A stretch of DNA of 64,000 bases from an uncultured Burkholderiales bacterium. Its GTDB lineage: Bacteria; Vulcanimicrobiota; Xenobia; Xenobiales; QWHO01. Within the stretch, counting starts at the first letter, position 1. Each line of letters starts with the position of its first letter. Below the pieces are notes generated by a model. It searched no databases. It was not told the origin of the DNA and saw nothing but the letters and a program-made list of their open reading frames with translations. Location: the NCBI GenBank assembly GCA_964471395.1, contig CAYYHB010000002.1, forward strand, positions 15,313 through 79,312, written 5' to 3'. The translations under genes were made by a program, and so were the position numbers. Shown one piece after another: positions 1 to 9,940 of the stretch.

Positions 1-2
1 TC

Positions 3-509
3 GTGCGCTCAAACCCGGCCTTCCACATGCCCGAGTCGCCAGCTACACCTCTCGTGATGGTGGGCCCGGGCACGGGCCTGGCTGCCTTCCGAGGTTTTCT
101 GCAGGATCGGGCCGTGCAGAAGGCCCAGGGACAGGAGCTGGGGCCAGCCATGCTCTTCTTTGGCTGCCGTCATCCCGAACAGGACTATCTCTACCAGGAT
201 GAGCTCGAGGAATACGCCCGCGAGGGAGTCAACGAGCTGGTGGTGGCCTACTCGCGGGTGGATCCGAACCGCAAGGTCTATGTCCAGCACAAGCTGGCCG
301 AGATGAAGGAGCGGGTGTGGGAGCTGTTGCAGCAGGGCGGCGTCATCTATGTGTGCGGCGACGCGGCCCACATGGCCCCCGACGTGCGCGCGGCGCTGGC
401 GGCGCTCTACCGGGAGAAGACCGGTCAGGGCGAGGCCGAGGCCGAGAAGTGGCTGCAGGAGCTGGCTGCCTCCAATCGCTATCGGCTGGATGTGTGGGCC
501 TCTAGCTAA
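3..509 (+). CDS. FAD/NADPH-binding oxidoreductase, CysJ / cytochrome-P450-reductase family, C-terminal fragment (5' end outside window)
   Basis: GPGTGLAAFRGF (NAD-binding GTGxAP-like) and C-terminal ...YVCGD...RYxxDVW typical of sulfite reductase flavoprotein/CPR FNR-like module; ORF enters from upstream window edge. Confidence 0.6.
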   Translation: MRSNPAFHMPESPATPLVMVGPGTGLAAFRGFLQDRAVQKAQGQELGPAMLFFGCRHPEQDYLYQDELEEYAREGVNELVVAYSRVDPNRKVYVQHKLAEMKERVWELLQQGGVIYVCGDAAHMAPDVRAALAALYREKTGQGEAEAEKWLQELAASNRYRLDVWASS

Positions 510-773
510 ATTGGTTCGCCCTGGAAGAGTCCGAATTGACACACCTCATCCGACTTCACCACCCTATGAGCGGTTGATGTTGCTGGATTTTATGCTCGGC
601 TGATTTCCTCGGCCTATGCAGCAACCATCCGACGCGTATTGCGGGCCCGAGTAGCGCATGGATTCTCCCAGGAGCCGTGTTTGTAAAGTGCAAGACCAGG
701 CCTTGCGCTTAGAGATCTACGCCGGACCCATTCAGCATCAAACGGTGCGGCGCCTTATCTGAAGCACGGCACA

Positions 774-1532
774 TCAGACACTCTCGATCAAACGGCGGGC
801 TGTCATCAGGATAGCTTCGGGCTCGGCCCGGGGCAGGCAGTCGACACTGGTAAGCCAGCCCGCCTCACTGCAGCCAGCCACCAGCTCGCCAGGCCAGCAT
901 GGCCCCAGGCCGCCCACTGTCAACAGGCGCCCGTGCGAGCGGCGCAGCGAGTCCTCCCAGGCGGACAATCGCAGGGGTTGGAGCTCGATCGGCACCAGCA
1001 GCTCGCAACCCGGCAGGTGGGCCAGGACCTCCAGGCAGGGGCCCGCGTCCGGGCCGGTGCAGCTGAGTGTCAGGCTCGCAGGGCCAGGAGCGCGGATCAG
1101 CCGAGTAGGGTAGGGGAAGGGCTCGGCGCAGCTATCGAGGCCTAGCTCGAGTTGCAGCGGCTGCTCGAGCAACTCGAGGGGCTCGTAGAGCACCACTGTC
1201 TGTTCGTCCTCACGGGCAGCAGTGAGCAGCATCGACTCGGCGTCGTGCAGCGGGCTCAGGCACAGCACCCGCACCTGAGGCAGCCCGGCCAGCACTCCCA
1301 GCGCGGCCAGTTGGGAGGTGCGCACCACCAACCTCCCCTGGCCCTCTCCCAGGGCGCGTAACAGTCGACCAAGCGGGTCGCGCGGGCGTACTGGAGGCGC
1401 CGCCAACACCTCAAGGCGCACCACCAGCGTGCCCGTGCTTTCGCGCAGGCTGGCCTCGGCCCGGCCGAGTGCCACTCGAAGTGGCTCGCCCTGCTCGCTG
1501 GCTCCAGGAACCTGGTTCACACGCTCCTCCAA
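774..1532 (-). CDS. hypothetical protein (252 aa), Leu/Ala/Arg-rich; start uncertain (TTG 1532 or GTG ~1520)
   Basis: Long ORF with strong GC3 bias consistent with coding; no recognisable motif. Confidence 0.4.
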   Translation of the reverse strand: MEERVNQVPGASEQGEPLRVALGRAEASLRESTGTLVVRLEVLAAPPVRPRDPLGRLLRALGEGQGRLVVRTSQLAALGVLAGLPQVRVLCLSPLHDAESMLLTAAREDEQTVVLYEPLELLEQPLQLELGLDSCAEPFPYPTRLIRAPGPASLTLSCTGPDAGPCLEVLAHLPGCELLVPIELQPLRLSAWEDSLRRSHGRLLTVGGLGPCWPGELVAGCSEAGWLTSVDCLPRAEPEAILMTARRLIESV

Positions 1533-1570
1533 AAAAAAGAAAGAATCCCCTGCCCCGGCGGGGGATTCTC
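1531..1570 (-). terminator. rho-independent terminator downstream of thioredoxin-like gene
   Basis: Minus strand reads GAATCCCCCGCCGGGGCAGGGGATTC hairpin followed by TTTCTTTTTTTT. Confidence 0.5.
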
Positions 1571-1594
1571 GCTCGATTGCCCCGGCCAGGAGAG

Positions 1595-2044
1595 CTACTT
1601 CTTCTTGAGCATCTTCTCGGCGTTCTTAGTCCAAACCGAGGGGCCGCCCTTGTCGTAGCCATACTTACCGAGCACGTCCCCCTTGGCGTTCACGAACAAG
1701 ATAGTGGGGTAGCCCTCAATGCCGTATTTGTCAGAGAGAGCTGCATTCTGCTTCTTTAACTCGGCGCTCTGGGGCTTGCTCTGGGGGAAGTCGATCTCCA
1801 GCAACACCACGTTCTTCTTGGCCCAGGCTGCAAACTCAGGGGTATCAAAGACCTCCTTTTTCAGCTTGATGCACCAGCCGCACCAGTCGCTGCCGGTGAA
1901 GTCGATCAGGATCGGCTTGCCGGATTTCTTGGACTGCTTGGCGGCTTCGTCCCAGGAGGTCAACCAGTCTCCCTCGGCGCGCGCAGCGGCGCACAGGAGC
2001 AAGCTCAGGCTGAGGGTCAGGGCCATAACAGACAGTTTGCGCAT
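1595..2044 (-). CDS. secreted thioredoxin-family protein (thiol:disulfide oxidoreductase, WCGWC active site)
   Basis: N-terminal signal peptide MRKLSVMALTLSLSLLLCAAARA; WCGWC motif; thioredoxin-fold length (149 aa). Confidence 0.8.
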   Translation of the reverse strand: MRKLSVMALTLSLSLLLCAAARAEGDWLTSWDEAAKQSKKSGKPILIDFTGSDWCGWCIKLKKEVFDTPEFAAWAKKNVVLLEIDFPQSKPQSAELKKQNAALSDKYGIEGYPTILFVNAKGDVLGKYGYDKGGPSVWTKNAEKMLKKK

Positions 2045-2127
2045 TTGCTTGATTTCGTCTCCTCTGGTTGATCCGGCCGTCGTTTTCGCTACCTCCGGTC
2101 GGCCCCCTGTTCAACCTGCTGGCGAGC

Positions 2128-2442
2128 TCAAAGTTTCTCCACCTGGACCTTGCCGTTCTCGACCCGCGTCGGGTAAGCGCGCACGCACTCGCCCGGTATA
2201 TCCAGGCACTCGCCGGTCTCGACCTTGAACTGCCAGCCATGCCAGGGGCAGCTCACCACCCCGTCGCCGTCCAGGTCACCCTCGCCCAGAGGGCCGCCCT
2301 GATGGCAGCACTCGTCGTCGAGCGCTTTCACCTGCCCACCCTGCAAAAACAGGGCGTAGACGTGGCCGTCGGGCCCTTTGACGCTCATTCCCTGGCCTTC
2401 GATCAGCTCGTCCAGGGCCACCAGCTCTATCCATTCACTCAT
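2128..2442 (-). CDS. Rieske [2Fe-2S] domain protein (NirD-like small subunit / Rieske ferredoxin)
   Basis: CCHQGGPL ... CPWHGW Rieske CxH/CxxH boxes; start set at internal MSEWIELVALDEL (ATG 2442) rather than longest ORF 2541. Confidence 0.65.
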   Translation of the reverse strand: MSEWIELVALDELIEGQGMSVKGPDGHVYALFLQGGQVKALDDECCHQGGPLGEGDLDGDGVVSCPWHGWQFKVETGECLDIPGECVRAYPTRVENGKVQVEKL

Positions 2443-2497
2443 AGCGGGCCACGCGTTCGCAGCCTGAGCGCGGCCTCCCTGCTGGCGGCTCAGGGGG

Positions 2498-2590
2498 GGC
2501 TGCGCGTTGAGCGCTACAGGAATAAACGCGGCGCCGTTCAACAGATGTCCACACTCCCGCGCGTTCTGATTCTGGACAGGTCAACGCGCT
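2498..2590 (+). repeat. copy A of novel ~95-105 bp double-hairpin intergenic repeat family (MITE/REP-like)
   Basis: Shares ...GCGCGGCGCCGTTCAACAGAT(T)GTC(T/C)ACACTCCCGCGCGTTCTGATTCTGGACAGGTCAACGCGC with copies at 10662-10763(rc), 17025-17118, 44199-44304. Confidence 0.7.
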
Positions 2591-2687
2591 CTGACAAAGG
2601 TTCCCGACGAAGAGGAGATTTGAGGCCTCTGGCAAAAACCTCGGCCACAGCAACAATTGAGAAAAATTCTACATCGGGGGCTCCCAT

Positions 2688-3005
2688 ATGGTTCACAACG
2701 TCGTCGCCACGACCTTTTACAAGCTTGAGTGCACCTGCTATCAGTGCAGCCACTCGCTTGAGTGCTCGGTATGCGATCTGCTCGAAGAGAATCCATGGAA
2801 GCTGGCTCCCGAGGAGTTGCGGCGGTTGCGGGACGATCTGGTCTGCGAGCAGCTGGCCGGCGGGGCCGGATTGACCGGGGCGGCCGTGTGCCCAAACTGT
2901 GATCTCCTGGTGGCCTGCCATCATTGCCGACTGGAAGCTCCCATCGACCTGGAGCAGGTGGATGATCGAGCCAGGCGGCGCCGGCCCAGCCGCTCGGCCG
3001 CCTGA
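2688..3005 (+). CDS. small Cys-rich protein (105 aa; CxxC x4, putative zinc-ribbon/metal-binding)
   Basis: CTCYQC, CSVC, CPNC, CHHC motifs; GGGGG-like SD ~8 nt upstream of ATG; lies immediately downstream of repeat copy A. Confidence 0.5.
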   Translation: MVHNVVATTFYKLECTCYQCSHSLECSVCDLLEENPWKLAPEELRRLRDDLVCEQLAGGAGLTGAAVCPNCDLLVACHHCRLEAPIDLEQVDDRARRRRPSRSAA

Positions 3006-3042
3006 AGCTGAGACCTCGGGCGTTGCAGTCAAGGCGACGACT

Positions 3043-3675
3043 TCAGCCTTTGAGCAGCCCCAACTTGCGCAGGTCGACCAGCAGCTGGGTCGGGCTGGTG
3101 AAGAGCACAGCCTGCCAGCCGGCTACACGGGCTCCTTCGCAATTGTCCTCGCGGTCATCCACCAGCAGGCATTGTTTGGGCTTGAGCTTGGCCAGCTGGG
3201 CGGCCAGCTTGTATATCTCCTTTTCAGGCTTGCGCAGCCCCACCTGACAAGAGAGCACGCAGGGCCGAAACGGCTGGTAAGCACCCAGATCGTGCAGCAC
3301 CTTGACGTGGTCGATGATGGTGTTGCTCAGGGCAGCAACCGTGTACCCGCGTTTACCGAGATTCCAGCAGAAAGTGAGCATATCTTCATCGATCTTGGCG
3401 GTGGCCCGCATGGTATCGCGCCAGAGCCAGCGACACTCATCCCCCTCCGGGGGGCGGCCCTGGCCGGCCCTCCACAGGTTCTCGCCCACCTGCTTCCAGA
3501 ATTTCAAGGTGTCGATCTTGCCCCGCTCGAGGTCGGGAACCAGGGCCAGCACCTCGCGCCGGACTGCCGTCGGGCTGCTCTGCAGAAGGCCAGCTCCCAC
3601 CAGCATCCACCTGTCCATATCGGCGTGCACGATCACGCCGCCGATGTCGAAGAAGAAGCCTTTGACGCTGCTCAC
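3043..3675 (-). CDS. HAD-superfamily hydrolase (haloacid dehalogenase-like phosphatase)
   Basis: N-terminal FFFDIGGVIV (motif I DxG), ...LVDDREDN (motif IV-like); 210 aa. Confidence 0.75.
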   Translation of the reverse strand: MSSVKGFFFDIGGVIVHADMDRWMLVGAGLLQSSPTAVRREVLALVPDLERGKIDTLKFWKQVGENLWRAGQGRPPEGDECRWLWRDTMRATAKIDEDMLTFCWNLGKRGYTVAALSNTIIDHVKVLHDLGAYQPFRPCVLSCQVGLRKPEKEIYKLAAQLAKLKPKQCLLVDDREDNCEGARVAGWQAVLFTSPTQLLVDLRKLGLLKG

Positions 3676-3733
3676 CGGGCTCTCTTTGCCGGCTCAAGGC
3701 AGGATCCTGGCAGCTGCGACAGAACGCGCGCTG

Positions 3734-4204
3734 GTGCGTTATAAGTTGGAGGTCGACCAGGTCGCATGCACGGTCGAGATCGGTTCCGGTTTGGTGCGGT
3801 TGAATGGCCGCGACCTGGCTGTGGACGACCGGCCGGGTCACTTGCTGCTCGGTAATCGCTCGGTGGCTTATCAGGTGGTGCTCGACCCCGACGGCACACC
3901 TCGTGCGGTGGCCCTGCTAGGCAAAGTGATTCCCGTGCGTTACCTGCGAGAGGGACAGAGCCGACAGCGGCGCGAGGGAGCCAGCGATGGCGCGGTGAAG
4001 GCTCCCATGAACGGCGTCGTTGTTCGGATACTGGCTCGCCCTGGCGAGACTGTGCAAGCCGGTCAGGTCGTGCTGGTACTGGAAGCGATGAAGATGGAGA
4101 ACGAGGTCGCCGCGCCGATGGCCGGCCGGCTGACCGAATTGGCCGTGCAAGCAGGCCAGACGGTCAACCCTGGCGAGCCGCTCTTTACGGTTGGAAAGGA
4201 TTGA
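3734..4204 (+). CDS. biotin/lipoyl attachment domain protein (biotin carboxyl carrier-like); start uncertain (GTG 3734 preferred; ATG 3644 would overlap divergent HAD start)
   Basis: C-terminal [13 protein letters not shown] biotinyl-lysine motif (EAMKM); N-terminal M/V-RYKLEVD resembles short BCCP/decarboxylase gamma N-termini. Confidence 0.55.
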   Translation: MRYKLEVDQVACTVEIGSGLVRLNGRDLAVDDRPGHLLLGNRSVAYQVVLDPDGTPRAVALLGKVIPVRYLREGQSRQRREGASDGAVKAPMNGVVVRILARPGETVQAGQVVLVLEAMKMENEVAAPMAGRLTELAVQAGQTVNPGEPLFTVGKD

Positions 4205-4211
4205 GATACCC

Positions 4212-5471
4212 ATGGCACTCGACGTAGCCCGCTATCCCGAGCCCCAGCTCAGCCCCAGGGTCAAGCCACGCCGCCCTCGGCCCGATCTGGCCCAGCCGGT
4301 GATCGTTTCGGCCGTGCGCACGCCCATCGGTCGCTTCCTGGGGGGATTGTCCGAGCTGACCGCCCCACGTCTGGGCTCGGTGGCCATTCAGGCGGCCCTG
4401 CAAAGAGCTGGTCTGGCGAGCGACCAGGTGGACGAGGTCATCATGGGCAACGTGCTGGGGGCCGGTGTGGGCCAGAACCCCGCTCGCCAGGCCACCATAC
4501 TGGCCGGGCTGGACAACTCCACCCCGGCCCTGACCATCAACAAAGTCTGCGCGTCAGGCCTGAAAGCCATCGTGCTGGCCTGCCAGGCCATCCGATGCGG
4601 GGATGCTGAGGTGGTGATCGCGGGTGGCATGGAGTCGATGTCCAGGTCTCCCTACCTGCTCGATCGGGCTCGCACTGGCTATCGGTTGGGGCACGGGCAA
4701 CTGCTCGACTCAATGGTCTGTGACGGCCTCTGGGACTGCTACTACGATTTTCACATGGGCAACACCGGCGAGCTGGTCGCGGAACGCTACCGGCTCAGCC
4801 GCGCCGAGCAGGACGAGTACGCCTACCACAGCCACCGCAAGGCGCTCGAGGCGCAGAAGGCTGGTCGCTTTGAGGCCGAGATTGTGCCAGTGGAGGTGCC
4901 AGGCAAGAAGGAGCCCACCCGGGTGGTGAACGACGAGTCGCCCCGACCTGATACCAGCCCGGAATCCCTGGCCAGGCTCAAACCGGCCTTCATGCAGGGA
5001 GGGACGGTGACGGCTGGCAACGCTCCTTCGGTCAACGACGGGGCGGCTGCGCTGGTGGTGATGGCCGAGAGCCGAGCTCAAGAGCTGGGCCTCAAGCCCC
5101 TGGCCCGGGTGCTCGATGCGTTTAGCTCGGGGGTGGATCCCGCCTGGGTCATGCTCACCCCGGTGCCCGCCGTGCGCGGTCTCTTGGGGCGCAACCCCGA
5201 ATGGAAGCTGGGCGACTTCGACCTGATCGAGCTGAACGAGGCGTTCTCGGTGCAGGCCCTGGCCGTACAGAAAGAGCTGAGCCTCGACCCCGTCCGAGTC
5301 AACGTGAATGGCGGCGCTGTGGCGCTGGGTCATCCCATCGGAGCCTCGGGTGCGCGCATCGTGGTCACCCTGCTGCACGCCCTGCAATCGCGCGGAGGCG
5401 GGCGGGGTCTGGCCACGCTCTGTCTTGGCGGCGGTAATGGCGTGGCGGTAGCTTTTGAAAGCTTGAGTTGA
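4212..5471 (+). CDS. acetyl-CoA C-acetyltransferase (thiolase II)
   Basis: [24 protein letters not shown] (active-site Cys), C-terminal [15 protein letters not shown] and [10 protein letters not shown] motifs; GGAAAGGA SD before ATG 4212. Confidence 0.85.
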   Translation: MALDVARYPEPQLSPRVKPRRPRPDLAQPVIVSAVRTPIGRFLGGLSELTAPRLGSVAIQAALQRAGLASDQVDEVIMGNVLGAGVGQNPARQATILAGLDNSTPALTINKVCASGLKAIVLACQAIRCGDAEVVIAGGMESMSRSPYLLDRARTGYRLGHGQLLDSMVCDGLWDCYYDFHMGNTGELVAERYRLSRAEQDEYAYHSHRKALEAQKAGRFEAEIVPVEVPGKKEPTRVVNDESPRPDTSPESLARLKPAFMQGGTVTAGNAPSVNDGAAALVVMAESRAQELGLKPLARVLDAFSSGVDPAWVMLTPVPAVRGLLGRNPEWKLGDFDLIELNEAFSVQALAVQKELSLDPVRVNVNGGAVALGHPIGASGARIVVTLLHALQSRGGGRGLATLCLGGGNGVAVAFESLS

Positions 5472-6346
5472 AGGAACCGGGCACGGCGAGAAGAACTAAC
5501 CGCCGCGCCAAAGCCGTGTTCTTTAATCTCTTCAAGAAGCCGCCGCCCGACCCGGGGGACGAGCCGGAGCCCAGGGCTTCGGCTGATTTGAGTTGGGCTG
5601 GCGAAGTGACGCCTCCACCTCCACCCCCGACCGCCTCCTTACCACCTGCCACCCCCCCCGCGAGCCGCCATCGCACCCACCACCCCAATATTCCCGCTTT
5701 GCTGCGCGGCGGCCTGACGGTCAAGCTGGCCCCCGAGCGCCAGCCGGGCACACCCCGCACCTGGGATTCGCGCATCGCCCGCCTTGACCAGGAAGGCTTC
5801 TGGGTTACCCAGGAAAAGGACCCTGATTCCTATTTGGTCAAGGAGGGCGATACCATGACCGTGGTAGTCGTGGAGCAGGGCGAACGACACATCTTTGACT
5901 GCCCCGTGCTTCGCATCGAGCACACTCCCGGCAACAACCGCCCCAACGAAGTGCTGCTCGCCCCCCCGGTGCAACGAAACAAGGAGTTCTCCAGCAGTAC
6001 CGGCCAGGGTAAGCGCAAACACCTGCGAATTCAGGCTGATTTGCCCGGGGAGTGTCGTGAGGTGCGCCCCGACCACGAGCTTGGTCCACCGCTTGGCATC
6101 CACACCTTGAATGTCAGCTTGAGTGGTCTGGCTTTCACCTGTAACCGTAGCTTCGACGCCACTCGCGAGGTGGATATTCGCCTGCTGGCCTGGAAGTTTC
6201 CGCTGCACCTGCGGGCCACCGTGGTGCGCTCCACCCGTCAGCCTGACGGAACCTACCTGGTGGCCATCCACTTCCCGCCCGACATCTCGCCCATCACCCG
6301 CGATCTGATCTCCCAGTTCATCCTCGACAATCAGCGCTCACGCTGA
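5468..6346 (+). CDS. PilZ domain protein (putative c-di-GMP receptor) with Pro-rich N-terminal region
   Basis: RKHLRIQ (RxxxR) followed by NVSLSGLAF (D/NxSxxG) PilZ signature, second degenerate PilZ-like half upstream; ATGA overlap with thiolase stop. Confidence 0.6.
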   Translation: MKEPGTARRTNRRAKAVFFNLFKKPPPDPGDEPEPRASADLSWAGEVTPPPPPPTASLPPATPPASRHRTHHPNIPALLRGGLTVKLAPERQPGTPRTWDSRIARLDQEGFWVTQEKDPDSYLVKEGDTMTVVVVEQGERHIFDCPVLRIEHTPGNNRPNEVLLAPPVQRNKEFSSSTGQGKRKHLRIQADLPGECREVRPDHELGPPLGIHTLNVSLSGLAFTCNRSFDATREVDIRLLAWKFPLHLRATVVRSTRQPDGTYLVAIHFPPDISPITRDLISQFILDNQRSR

Positions 6347-6399
6347 AGGATCTGGCTGCCGGGCAAAAGAAGAGCCGGCGCCGTTAAGGAGCTTTTCCC

Positions 6400-7272
6400 A
6401 TGAACGTTGATACCGTCGCCGTCATTGGCTCGGGCACCATGGGCAGCGGCATCGCCCAGGTCTTTGCCCAGAGCGGCTATACCGTCTACCTCATCGATGC
6501 CTCGGAGGCCGCACTCGAGCGGGCTCGCAAAACCATTCAGGCCAGCCTGGACAAGCTGGTCTCCAAAGGAGCGCTGAGCGATGCCGCCGGTTCATTGGCC
6601 CGCCTCCAGCTCACTTCTCAACTGCAGCAGGCGGCTCGAGCTCAAGTGGTGGTAGAGGCCGTCTTCGAGGACCCCGAGGTCAAGGAGGGCGTGTTTCGCG
6701 AGCTGGCCGGGGTCTGCCCGTCCGAGACAGTGCTGGCCTCTAATACGTCCTCCATCTCCATCACCCGACTGGCGGCCGCTTCGGGACGTCCCGAGCGTTT
6801 CATGGGCGTGCATTTCATGAATCCAGTGCCGCTGATGAAGCTGGTGGAGCTGATCCCGGGCGAGCGCACCGCCCCTGAGGTGCGCAGCCTGGTGGTAGAG
6901 TTGTGCCACAAGCTGGGCAAGACGCCGGTGGAGTGCGCTGACTACCCGGGCTTTCTTTCCAACCGCATCTTGATGCCCATGATCAACGAGGCAGTGTTCT
7001 GCTTGATGGAAGGCGTGGGCACTGCAGAGGCCATCGATACCGTGATGAAGCTGGGCATGAATCACCCGATGGGGCCGCTTGCTCTGGCCGACCTGATCGG
7101 TCTCGACGTGTGCCTGCACATCATGGAGGTGCTGCACGAGGGGCTGGGCGACAAATACCGCCCCTGCCCTCTTCTGCGGCGGATGGTCCAGGCCGGCAAG
7201 CTTGGCAAGAAATCAGGCCTTGGTTTTTACGACTATGAACCCAAACCTGTCAGCGCTGGAGCCCCGTTATGA
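6400..7272 (+). CDS. hbd: 3-hydroxybutyryl-CoA dehydrogenase
   Basis: [16 protein letters not shown] Rossmann motif, 3-hydroxyacyl-CoA DH family length and C-terminal domain (GFYDY). Confidence 0.85.
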   Translation: MNVDTVAVIGSGTMGSGIAQVFAQSGYTVYLIDASEAALERARKTIQASLDKLVSKGALSDAAGSLARLQLTSQLQQAARAQVVVEAVFEDPEVKEGVFRELAGVCPSETVLASNTSSISITRLAAASGRPERFMGVHFMNPVPLMKLVELIPGERTAPEVRSLVVELCHKLGKTPVECADYPGFLSNRILMPMINEAVFCLMEGVGTAEAIDTVMKLGMNHPMGPLALADLIGLDVCLHIMEVLHEGLGDKYRPCPLLRRMVQAGKLGKKSGLGFYDYEPKPVSAGAPL

Positions 7273-8297
7273 GAATCACCGCTTCCACCCCTACCCGCAT
7301 CGATCTGGCCGGTGGCACGCTCGACCTCTATCCCCTGTTTTTGTTCGAGCCCCGCAGCCTTACCGTCAACGCTGGCATCAGCCTTCGCTCGCATGTGATC
7401 CTGGAAGAGCTTGGGGGCACGAAGGTGCGCATTCGCTCGCAAGACTTCGACCGCCAGGTCGAGGCTGATAGCCCGGCCCAGCTCGACCCTCGGGGAGAGC
7501 TTGGTTTTTTGGCGCTGGCCGTGCAGCACTACCTGCCCGAGGGCGGGGTGGCTGTGACCACGCGCAACACCGCTCCGCGCGGCTCGGGCCTGGGGGCTTC
7601 CTCCAGCCTCCTGATGGCCCTGTCAGCAGCGCTCTGCAAGAAGGCTGGTCGCGAGCTCTCCCGCGAGGAGATCATCCGCATTGGATCGGGCCTGGAGGCA
7701 CGGAGCCTGGGCATTCCCACCGGCCTGCAGGACTATTTCGGGGCCATGTTCGGCGGCTTTCAAGCCTTGCGCTTCGACGCCGAGGGCAGCCACCGCGAGA
7801 GCCTGGAGTTCTCCCCCGCTTTCCGGCAAGAGCTCGAGCAGGCGGTGGTGGTCTCGTTCACGGGAGTGAGCCATTTCTCGGGTACCTCCAATTGGAACAT
7901 GCTCAAACGCTACATCGAGAAAGAGGGCGATACCGTGGCCCGTATGCAGGCTATTGCCGAGACCGCCTGGGAGATGAAAGCAGCCCTGCAGGCTGAGGAC
8001 CTGGCCCGGGTGGCTCGCGCGCTGGGGCGTGAGTGGGACAATCGCAAGGGTTTGGCCGACGGGGTGACGACCACCGAGATCGACGCCATGATTGCGGTCG
8101 CTGCGCAGGCCGGGGCACTGGCTTCGAAGATCTGCGGGGCCGGTGGGGGAGGGTGCCTGCTGACGCTCGCTTCTCCCGCGTCGCGGTCGGCTGTGGCCCG
8201 GGCACTGGAAGGGGCGGGGGCGCAGGTGATGGATGTCAAGCTCGACCCGCAGGGGCTCATGCTGGAGACCGACGTCCCATCGCCTGCCCATGGCTGA
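7269..8297 (+). CDS. GHMP-family sugar kinase (heptose-7-P kinase / fucokinase-like)
   Basis: [21 protein letters not shown] motif II; ATGA overlap with hbd stop. Confidence 0.7.
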   Translation: MRITASTPTRIDLAGGTLDLYPLFLFEPRSLTVNAGISLRSHVILEELGGTKVRIRSQDFDRQVEADSPAQLDPRGELGFLALAVQHYLPEGGVAVTTRNTAPRGSGLGASSSLLMALSAALCKKAGRELSREEIIRIGSGLEARSLGIPTGLQDYFGAMFGGFQALRFDAEGSHRESLEFSPAFRQELEQAVVVSFTGVSHFSGTSNWNMLKRYIEKEGDTVARMQAIAETAWEMKAALQAEDLARVARALGREWDNRKGLADGVTTTEIDAMIAVAAQAGALASKICGAGGGGCLLTLASPASRSAVARALEGAGAQVMDVKLDPQGLMLETDVPSPAHG

Positions 8298-9093
8298 CGA
8301 AGTCGACGTCGAGCTCGACGAGCCCACCCTGGGCAACCGCAGTCTCTCAGTGGCCCTGGGGGTGCTGGTTGTGCTCTCTTTGCTGGTGTTGGGCTATTAC
8401 TACAGGCGTCCGGTCGACAGTGAGGCCGCCGTGCTGGTCTCGCCTTCCGCCAGCCCGATGGCCAGCCCCTCGCGACGCGAGCTACCGCCCGTGCCTGAGC
8501 CTACCGGAACGATTAAGGTCTATGTAGCGGGAGAGGTTCGCAAACCTGGAGTGGTGGCCTTGCCGGCCGGCAGTCGGGTGGAGGATGCTCTGGCCAAAGC
8601 CGGGGGGATGACCCCGCGGGCCGATCCGCTGGCCATCAACCTGGCCTCGCGGGTCAAGGATGAGCAGATGATCGTGGTGCCGGCACGGGGCCAGCTGGAA
8701 GCATCTCCGGTGGACGTGCATCCTTCGGCTACTCCCGACGAGCCTGCACCGGAGGCTCACGAACCCGAGCCGGAGGCCACGGAGTCGGCCGCCGAGCCGT
8801 CAGGCGAGCCCCCGTCCTCGCCCGGGCCGTCCGCGCCTGCGCCGGGCCCTCAGTCGCAGACCGACTGGAGTCAGTACATCAACCAGAAGCCCTCTGACAG
8901 CGTGGCCAGGGTCAGCCTGAACAAAGGTACCCGCGGCGAGCTTGAATCGGTGCCCGGCATCGGCCCGAGCTCGGCGGCGGCTATCCTGGAGTATCGCAAG
9001 AAGCAGCGCTTCACCTCGGTAGATGATCTGCTCAAAGTACCCGGGATCAAACAGAAGAAGCTCGAAGGGATCCGTCCCTACGTCGATCTCTAG
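8290..9093 (+). CDS. comEA: competence protein ComEA (membrane anchor + SLBB + helix-hairpin-helix DNA-binding domain)
   Basis: N-terminal TM, SLBB-like IKVYVAGEVRKPGVVALPAGSRVEDALAKAGG, C-terminal HhH GELESVPGIGPSSAAAILEYRKK...VDDLLKVPGI; start ATG 8290 overlaps upstream stop. Confidence 0.75.
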   Translation: MADEVDVELDEPTLGNRSLSVALGVLVVLSLLVLGYYYRRPVDSEAAVLVSPSASPMASPSRRELPPVPEPTGTIKVYVAGEVRKPGVVALPAGSRVEDALAKAGGMTPRADPLAINLASRVKDEQMIVVPARGQLEASPVDVHPSATPDEPAPEAHEPEPEATESAAEPSGEPPSSPGPSAPAPGPQSQTDWSQYINQKPSDSVARVSLNKGTRGELESVPGIGPSSAAAILEYRKKQRFTSVDDLLKVPGIKQKKLEGIRPYVDL

Positions 9094-9203
9094 TGTTCAG
9101 CGTTACGAGATGATAGTATTGCCTGTCCATCGTGAGAGGATAAGGGGACCTGGGCGAGGCGACGAAGTGCAACCTGTCGTTATCTGGAATCAGGAGGAAG
9201 AGT

Positions 9204-9422
9204 GTGAGCAAGTATACGGGTGTGCTGAAGAAGTCGGACCTCGAGGGTGGCGTGTGGGTGTTCGTCACCGAGTCGGGCGAGCGATTTCACCTGACCGGCC
9301 TGGAGGACAGGTTCTTGAAGGATGGGCAGAAGCTCGAGCTTGAAGGCGACTTCGACTCCAATTCCATGGGCATCGGCATGATGGGACCCACCCTGGCGGT
9401 CGCGCGGGCAAAGGCTCTCTAG
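9204..9422 (+). CDS. small hypothetical protein (72 aa)
   Basis: AGGAGG SD 6 nt upstream of GTG start; compact ORF. Confidence 0.5.
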   Translation: MSKYTGVLKKSDLEGGVWVFVTESGERFHLTGLEDRFLKDGQKLELEGDFDSNSMGIGMMGPTLAVARAKAL

Positions 9423-9460
9423 CCCTGCTGCAGAATTCGCCCGAGGCCTTTCAAGCGCAG

Positions 9461-9940
9461 TTGCGCGAGGGCCACTACAACGAGCTGCGGGTGGCCTTGC
9501 TCTTTATGCTGCGCGGCTACCACAGCCAGATTCGCTTCATTAACGGGCGCTACGACATCACCTTGATGCGGGCCGGTCAGGATGGCACGCGCTCGGTGGA
9601 AGTGAAGTGGGACAAACGCGCCTCGGAGTCGGGCAATCTCTACTTTGAGGTGGAGAACACGCGCCAGCAAAAGCCCTCTGGCGTAATGGCCACCACCGCC
9701 GACCTCTGGTGCCACGTGCTGGGGGCGGGTGAGCGGGGCCTGCTTATCAGCGTGGCCAACTTGCGCCGTTTCTTGAGCGGTGGGTCCTGGCGGTCAGTGC
9801 ACACCCGCGGGGCCGACTCCAACAGCCGGGGGCTGCTGGTCCCCTGGGCGGCGGTAGAAGCTTGTCCTGACTTCCGCAGAGTACGTCTGCCCACCGTGGA
9901 GGACTACTTCGGGGCCATCTTCCGGCAGGCCAGCTCCTGA
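9461..9940 (+). CDS. hypothetical protein with PD-(D/E)XK nuclease-like motif (Hjc/restriction-endonuclease-like fold candidate)
   Basis: E...GRYDITLM...SVEVKWD arrangement (E, D, E-x-K spacing typical of PD-(D/E)XK); TTG start, no obvious SD. Confidence 0.4.
   Translation: MREGHYNELRVALLFMLRGYHSQIRFINGRYDITLMRAGQDGTRSVEVKWDKRASESGNLYFEVENTRQQKPSGVMATTADLWCHVLGAGERGLLISVANLRRFLSGGSWRSVHTRGADSNSRGLLVPWAAVEACPDFRRVRLPTVEDYFGAIFRQASS

Noticed and set aside
2068-2874. 268-aa ORF reading through repeat copy A
   Set aside because: Out of frame with both flanking real genes (Rieske on minus, Cys-rich on plus); passes through a structured repeat; no motifs
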